A DNA stretch of 35,226 nt from contig JAAYZZ010000084.1 in assembly GCA_012514595.1 (NCBI GenBank), forward strand, positions 1 to 35,226. The letters are read 5' to 3'. Under the pieces are notes generated by a model that was given only the letters and a program-made list of their open reading frames with translations, was not told the DNA's origin and did no database searches. Origin of the DNA: Elusimicrobiota bacterium (lineage in GTDB: Bacteria; Omnitrophota; Gorgyraeia; Zapsychrales; Fredricksoniimonadaceae). The stretch's first letter is position 1. Each line of letters starts with the position of its first letter. Position numbers and translations under genes: made by a program. Shown one piece after another: positions 33,001-35,226 of this stretch.

Positions 33001-35224
33001 AAACCTTCTTGTACGCGATCTTCCCCTGCACGCGGATGACCGCCATATCGAGCTTGAGGAGCGCGACCGCAAAGAGCGGCGGGATCAGATGCCCGTGATT
33101 CGGGGGATTCCCTGTGATGGGAAGGAACCCGACCTGGACCTCTCGTTCGGGGGCCGCATCATGAAGGGCCACAGGACCGTCATCCTCGATCGAATGCTTC
33201 AGAAGATTCATGCGCAAAAGCGGATCGCTTTCCCCCCGACGGACATTCTCCGCGATCATGCCCAGGCACCTCTGGTAGGCCCGGAGGATCCGGCCGTTCA
33301 GGAACCGGTCGCTGCGCTGTTTGACCAGGGGATCGGCCGCGATCTGCTGGGCCTCGATCTCGCGCCAGACCTCCTCCACGGCTTCCGAGGCGCTGATATG
33401 CCGGGTCGCGGGGTCCTCTCCTCGACGGGCCCTGAGCCAGTCGCGCAGCACGGCCTCCCGCGAGGCGTTCTCCTCCTCGGTCAGATCGAACTCCGGCCCG
33501 TGGGTCCGAAGCGCGCGGATCTCATGGCCAAGGCTCAGGGCGATCTCAAGGAAGGTGGCATAGGCAGGATAGGAGGTGCTGACCAGAATATGCTCCTGGC
33601 CGTCACGCTCAACGGTCGTGGCCAGGAATCCCTGGAGCGGCGCGCCCTTCAGGAGCCCCGTGCGTCCCATCCAGCGCAGTTTCGCGGCCGCCTGGCCGTC
33701 CCCGGTCTCCTCGAGCCCGCGGGCCATCAGCTCCCACATCTCCCGGGGGATCTCCGTGACCTTGGCCCAATCCAGTCGGGCGAGACCTCTCCTGACGATC
33801 TCCTCCGGGGAAAGGCGCCGAAGGTCCGGCGACAGGATCAAGGAGGGGATCGGCCGGGCCGGATCCTTCTTCGAAGAGCGTGGCGTCTTCACCCGTGCGA
33901 TCCCCAAAAGGATCCTGCGCAATCCGCCATCGGTCACCTGGGAAAGAGGAAGAACCGGCGGCGGGAACATCGGATGAAGGTGGATAAAGACCCGGGTCCT
34001 TGAGAAGATCTCCTGGGCCGCTCCGACCAGCTCATCGAGAACGTCACCTTCCTCGACCTGAACTTCCCGGGCCTCCCGATCGCCCGTGTATTCAAAACCG
34101 ATCTTAACGTCAATATCCGAAGGGAGATCCCAAGAGGCCGCAGAGGAATCGGCCGCATACTTGCGCACCAGTGCGCCCATAAAGGCCTCGAACGTCCACG
34201 GCTCCGGAACGGTCCCGATCTCGGCATGGCCCTGGGCGATCCCGTCCGCGATCCCGACGATCAACGGCCGTACGAGCCCCTCACGCCGCGCGATCTCCCG
34301 AACGCGCTCCAATAAAAGATCGAACGCCTCCTGGTATCGGGAACTCAAGGCCCCGAGGTTCAAGGCTGAAGCATCATTCTCCCGGACCGGATCCTCCGGG
34401 ATCTTATCGGGGTGTGTCACCACGACCATGGTCGTGGTGGGCGTCATGTCCGCCCGTTTTCTCAAGACAACGCCGGGAATGCCCTCTCCCCGGGCATCCA
34501 CGAAGACGATCTCGCCCCCTCGTGTCCGGATGTCGGCGGCCTGGGTCACGACGCGGATCAAGGTCTCCCCGTACTTCGCGCGGTCCTTGAAGTTCGAGAT
34601 GAATTCCTCGTTCTCGTCGACCATGCGGGCGAAGACCGTATCAGGGCCGAAGACAGGATCAAAGCCCGCGCGCAGCAACAGCACATAGCCCTTCACAAAG
34701 GCCCGGAGATCCCCGCTCTTCCGGGCCGGGATCAAAAGCACGAAGTAGAGATAGAACCATTCGCCCATGCGTCCGAAATTCTTTTGGAAGAACTCCAGGT
34801 CTGCAGGCCTGATCTCTCCGGAGGAGACCAGATCGGCGACCGCGCGGTCAAAATCCGCCAGGTACGACCCATCGGTCCGCGCCGGATCAAGCCATGCCCC
34901 CATGATCCGTGCGAGCCTGCGGCGGGCACCAGGACCCGCCTCCTCACGGAAGGCCCGCTCCGCGGCCTCCCTGTTCGTCGTCCCCTCGACAGAACGACGC
35001 ATCAGGTCCGCCACAAAGATCAGATATTCAAGCGCATTCGCATGACTCAGGCCCTCGCCGTTCCCCGCTGCATCTACCGTCCAGAAAAGGATCGTGTCTC
35101 CCAAGAATTCGTCAAGACGGTTCGGGTCGATCGCTCCGGCGGGCGCGAGATGGGCCGCGACATCCGTATCATCAAAAAGCTCAAAGGCGCTGGTCAAAGG
35201 ACGCGAGGCCGCGGCATGCCCCGG
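2..35224 (-). CDS. Single giant open reading frame, partial at both ends (11,741 codons in-window); multi-domain mosaic protein with several transmembrane clusters
   Basis: The minus frame with codons on + triplets starting at 2,5,8... shows no in-frame TAA/TAG/TGA (that is, no + strand TTA/CTA/TCA in that register) on my manual reading of the whole window. None of the ~55 minus-strand ORFs in the track is in this frame: their end coordinates are all 0 or 2 mod 3, never 1. That is what is expected if the frame never closes in-window and a start-to-stop caller cannot emit it. All long + ORFs share one frame (start = 2 mod 3), the exact antisense register. More than 15 textbook catalytic motifs, from nt 33.1k down to 0.5k, all fall in this same frame. 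Confidence 0.9.
533..574 (-). other. Motif: Cys-rich cluster CCX3CX4CX2C directly after the HPr domain
   Basis: FFDCCPDECFPEKCGHCFDP, with Cys codons (aca on the + strand) at 572-574, 569-571, 557-559, 542-544 and 533-535. Confidence 0.35.
590..841 (-). other. Domain: HPr (PTS phosphocarrier) fold
   Basis: EQSFVVSWDHGLHARPASAFARLSLSI...GGSATSVMDVLSVGAWTGQRVVIRIADTSDRSRLALMAYDRFF. The GLHARPA signature (His15 context) lies at 791-811, and SATSVMDVLSVG matches the Ser46 region (KSIMGVMSLG) of Gram-positive-type HPr. The length is about 85 aa. Confidence 0.8.
2400..3100 (-). other. Domain: protein-kinase-like fold (atypical; RIO/Kdo/ABC1-like)
   Basis: FSGGSDAAVYINEDNSHPVILKDV (Gly-rich loop plus the VxxK lysine, 3026-3097), HEMVIPRAVVQKYVPE (hinge-like), GIVDWDVKTENYGYD (catalytic-loop-like, 2645-2668) and VCSFDLGK (DFG-like, 2594-2608). 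Confidence 0.5.
4260..4960 (-). other. Domain (tentative): radical SAM-like
   Basis: GEGCRWACHHCIQG is a CX3CX2C motif (Cys codons at 4916-4918, 4904-4906 and 4895-4897). About 35 aa later comes RGWESNDPLNW (GGEP-like), then FGFTTRGWEP and LLSFHLFH at positions expected for the TIM-barrel strands. Confidence 0.45.
5745..6075 (-). other. Transmembrane cluster 5 (about 4 helices)
   Basis: RWIMLLGTASAVAIGVLALWG, FIKAFLMIFFVVDLPLAAMAFVAM, FVPVVFSILEFTVFAAGILAAVML and SWMIGLLVPVLFLIGRAIL. Confidence 0.75.
6155..6409 (-). other. Domain: ParB/sulfiredoxin-like N-terminal domain
   Basis: VRQVSVAYLTDSRHADIVRTP...AIRLDIRAGQKKVLVWDGTHRLSALNRIGESSVAAHIVW, with the DGxHR core at 6221-6235. Confidence 0.5.
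7208..7610 (-). other. Domain: HD metal-dependent phosphohydrolase, HD-GYP-like layout with degenerate GYP
   Basis: HREESARVGDMAGLLAGELG...VDLLRRIGRAHDIGKK (HD at 7496-7501)...LHAELT...VLRHHSYYLGFRP (HHExxDGxGYP position)...LIVSDHLIARYADRGYK (DxxDAxxSxRxYK position). Confidence 0.7.
7690..7990 (-). other. Transmembrane cluster 4 (3-4 helices)
   Basis: AVLLKAVFTLGGILAAGLGLGYGLL, SAVLAVGIFGTAYYLLGRLF and TFLIGALEGATVLVMLLMAPVIAVLAFWV, followed by RIRGIRKGHR. Confidence 0.7.
8150..8880 (-). other. Domain: HAD-superfamily phosphatase, subfamily IIB (Cof / sugar-phosphate phosphatase type)
   Basis: Motif I VISDFDGVMRD (DxD at 8858-8866), motif II LVQITGRP, a cap-sized insert, and motif IV VLILGDSLGTRLRPGNDRSML (GDS at 8246-8254, ND at 8216-8221). 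Confidence 0.7.
16679..16768 (-). other. Motif: Cys4 zinc-ribbon-like (CX4C ... CX2C)
   Basis: CREVRC (16751-16768) ... 20 aa ... CPWC (16679-16690). This is a pattern only, and no family is assigned. Confidence 0.25.
16955..17030 (-). other. Transmembrane helix 3 (single)
   Basis: STLVGMPLLILGLPVVLLFIFWPLL, immediately followed by the basic stretch RRVWELFKMRRYRRGRRVAR. Confidence 0.6.
17150..18020 (-). other. Domain: calcineurin-like metallophosphoesterase (PPP / ApaH / PrpA-type Ser/Thr phosphatase)
   Basis: All signature blocks occur in order: GDLHGDF (18002-18019), LIFLGDYIDRRPRG, FLMGNHEF (GNHE at 17822-17833), LLNGGG, LYLHAGIP and IVTGHTPF (GHT at 17195-17203). Confidence 0.75.
18200..18349 (-). 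other. Motif: HExxH zinc-metallopeptidase-like (SprT/DUF45-like context)
   Basis: VRRKTIAVNMNMALRAPPLMIDAILLHEILHVIFPRSSEGQIW, with HEILH at 18257-18271. The context resembles YgjP/SprT-type minimal metallopeptidases. Confidence 0.35.
19448..21223 (-). other. Domain: GT-B fold alpha-glucan phosphorylase / glycogen-synthase-like (GT35/GT5-like), divergent
   Basis: RRLYLVSPEITLLSGGLGRVMQYLGRALKKMGLEVVFIEPRY (21167-21223; compare the SxE...YSGGLG...G-L-P-xxGxGLLY N-terminus of glucan phosphorylases). Also ALNDGQS (NEGH position), MVTTHTYRNRIF (TTHTP position), VNAVSDAHAGDV (NGVSxLH), IYGLTNGD (ITNGV), FFIILGNEQP (FAGKAHP) and GTGAAESTEAH (EASGTSxMK position, not conserved). Confidence 0.5.
21908..22048 (-). 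other. Transmembrane cluster 2 (1-2 helices)
   Basis: NVIAVALGTLLFLGLGGILIAVLFHFF, then MPGVSMAAMFPFFV. Confidence 0.6.
23045..24055 (-). other. Domain: DHH/DHHA2-family phosphoesterase (family II pyrophosphatase / exopolyphosphatase-like)
   Basis: IVVFADHFDIDAFVSTLS (motifs I-II, 24008-24049), VKLVQVDSSG (motif III position, non-canonical), WLTIDHHKE (DHH at 23729-23737), GASAAFMISQEY, LYSMMSDTLNFT and MLNDIKYDY (DHHA2-like). Confidence 0.65.
24724..25055 (-). other. Transmembrane cluster 1 (about 4 hydrophobic helices)
   Basis: FLFLWLGGTALLAGLHIFWGLAGLLSGLFILLAIPLFV, YIFAVAFSVLVFLGGFLVFCSLTGL and VAWGFVVVGTVGAFS. The cluster is followed by a strongly basic stretch, ARRAARGRSS...KPSKRSRRKGR. 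Confidence 0.7.
26309..27568 (-). other. Domain: sugar-phosphate nucleotidyltransferase-like (NTP_transferase / pyrophosphorylase type) plus C-terminal extension
   Basis: LPVILVINP...HIQLAGRGTRNEPFTHALGLGGKHLIV (AGxGTR signature at 27386-27427) and ...KTDAAGRILVAREKP (EKP at 27080-27088). The layout resembles GlgC/ManC/RmlA-type enzymes. The C-terminal ~200 aa are unassigned. Confidence 0.5.
28298..29341 (-). other. Domain: UDP-glucose 4-epimerase (GalE)-like NAD-dependent epimerase, copy 2
   Basis: KTVLIVGGAGYVGTFLSHYF (29300-29341), YYVNNI, YIFSSSCAVYGEP, YGENKYEVELIL (YxxxK), CLRYFNVAGA, GEDHDPETHL, VRDYIDGRDLADAH and a C-terminal DAWKWHRSHPQGYG (compare E. coli GalE ...WHWQSRHPQGY). Its 348 aa is the canonical GalE length. 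Confidence 0.85.
29684..31003 (-). other. Domain: UDP-glucose 4-epimerase (GalE)-like NAD-dependent epimerase, copy 1, with a large internal insertion
   Basis: SVLVIGGAGYVGSHTVKHL (GxxGxxG at 30977-30994), YYDNNI, FIFSSSAATYGQP, YGDSKFLTEEIL (YxxxK), FLRYFNVFG, GEDHSPETHL, PIRDYIDATDLAKAH and a C-terminal HAWMFQKTHLTGYG. The domain is collinear with E. coli GalE end to end but about 440 aa long. The extra sequence lies roughly at 30035-30397. Confidence 0.85.
31118..31516 (-). other. Domain (tentative): GHKL/anti-sigma-kinase-like ATPase fold, degenerate
   Basis: SDVIEFWVYRSFDAIRRRVADGDRQPGSLGIELYAFDRGIRLVILHNGKPFNP...WNGWGPEAMSQILRLPVHVTIES loosely follows the N-box / G1 / G2 layout of RsbW/SpoIIAB-type domains. 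The canonical Asn is not evident. Confidence 0.2.
31673..32340 (-). other. Domain: P-loop kinase of the uridine kinase / phosphoribulokinase / nicotinamide-riboside-kinase type
   Basis: Walker A VVSIDGGSGSGKTVIARLIEKV (GGSGSGKT at 32297-32320), then KILELDWYLRD, VVYIFEGKYT and RYRLHDDKNRTAVRFEDRTRG. This pattern is typical of the PRK/Udk family. Confidence 0.65.
32546..33139 (-). other. Domain: NadD/NMNAT-like nucleotidyltransferase (cytidylyltransferase fold)
   Basis: VQVGFLPITGNPPNHGHLIPPL carries the HxGH motif (H-G-H codons at 33089-33097). It is followed by ...EHRHMMSRLAI... and a C-terminal LGLSSTRYRY (ISSTxxR-like motif, 32546-32566). Motif order and spacing match nicotinate/nicotinamide mononucleotide adenylyltransferases. 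Confidence 0.6.
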
Positions 35225-35226
35225 GA

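Noticed and set aside
1-35226. The idea that the missing minus-strand ORF reflects an alternative genetic code (a reassigned stop, for example UGA as Trp or Gly).
   Set aside because: No recoding is needed. The coding frame contains none of TAA, TAG or TGA, so it is open under the standard code. The track simply cannot report an ORF that has no stop in-window.
1-35226. An operon of many separate enzyme genes (galE, udk, nadD, ptsH and others) rather than one gene.
   Set aside because: There is no stop codon, intergenic spacer, frame change or RBS-plus-start junction between any of the domains. All of them are in one continuous frame. Separate genes would be expected to sit in mixed frames with stops between them.
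1-35226. The usual explanations for giant bacterial genes: NRPS/PKS megasynthases, or repeat-rich adhesins/RTX/Ig-like arrays.
   Set aside because: I found no condensation, adenylation, KS or ACP signature motifs. Apart from the GalE-plus-tail duplication I found no tandem repeat structure at the DNA or protein level.
1-35226. A search for tRNA/rRNA genes, CRISPR arrays, IS/transposase ends, inverted repeats, promoters and rho-independent terminators.
   Set aside because: No direct-repeat/spacer periodicity, no cloverleaf-like or rRNA-like conserved stretches and no AT-rich intergenic gaps are visible. The window is wall-to-wall coding sequence, so none could be supported.

Overview
The whole window appears to be a fragment of one gene. 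On the minus strand, the frame whose codons sit on + triplets 2-4, 5-7 ... 35222-35224 runs through all 35,226 nt (11,741 codons). I found no TAA, TAG or TGA in it on my manual reading. It enters at nt 35224 and leaves at nt 2, so the gene is larger than the window (>35 kb, >11,700 aa). The supplied ORF track does not show it, most likely because it never terminates in-window. None of the listed minus-strand ORFs lies in this frame. Every long + strand ORF (536-4315, 4442-7984, 8027-9532, 11687-14623, 18512-22771, 25007-28453, 28598-30301, 31691-34003; all starts = 2 mod 3) is its codon-register antisense shadow, broken only where the sense strand uses the rare codons TTA/CTA/TCA. Translating the minus frame gives the following order, N to C (high to low coordinates): about 690 aa unassigned; a NadD/NMNAT-like nucleotidyltransferase; a uridine-kinase/NRK-like P-loop kinase; two tandem UDP-glucose 4-epimerase (GalE)-like domains, each followed by the same helical tail; a sugar-phosphate nucleotidyltransferase-like domain; a 4-helix TM cluster; a DHH/DHHA2 phosphoesterase; a TM pair; a divergent GT-B alpha-glucan phosphorylase/glycogen-synthase-like domain; an HExxH (SprT/DUF45-like) motif; a PPP/ApaH-type metallophosphoesterase; a TM helix plus a Cys4 motif; about 2,600 aa of unassignable, apparently helical sequence; a HAD-IIB phosphatase; a TM cluster; an HD (HD-GYP-like) phosphohydrolase; a ParB/Srx-like domain; a 4-helix TM cluster; a radical-SAM-like CX3CX2C domain; a protein-kinase-like domain; an HPr (PTS phosphocarrier) domain with His15 and Ser46 contexts; and a Cys-rich motif. 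I could not support any intergenic DNA, RNA genes, CRISPR arrays, IS elements, promoters or terminators. The main claim is a giant, membrane-punctuated, non-repetitive, non-NRPS/PKS mosaic enzyme gene that a stop-bounded ORF caller cannot report.
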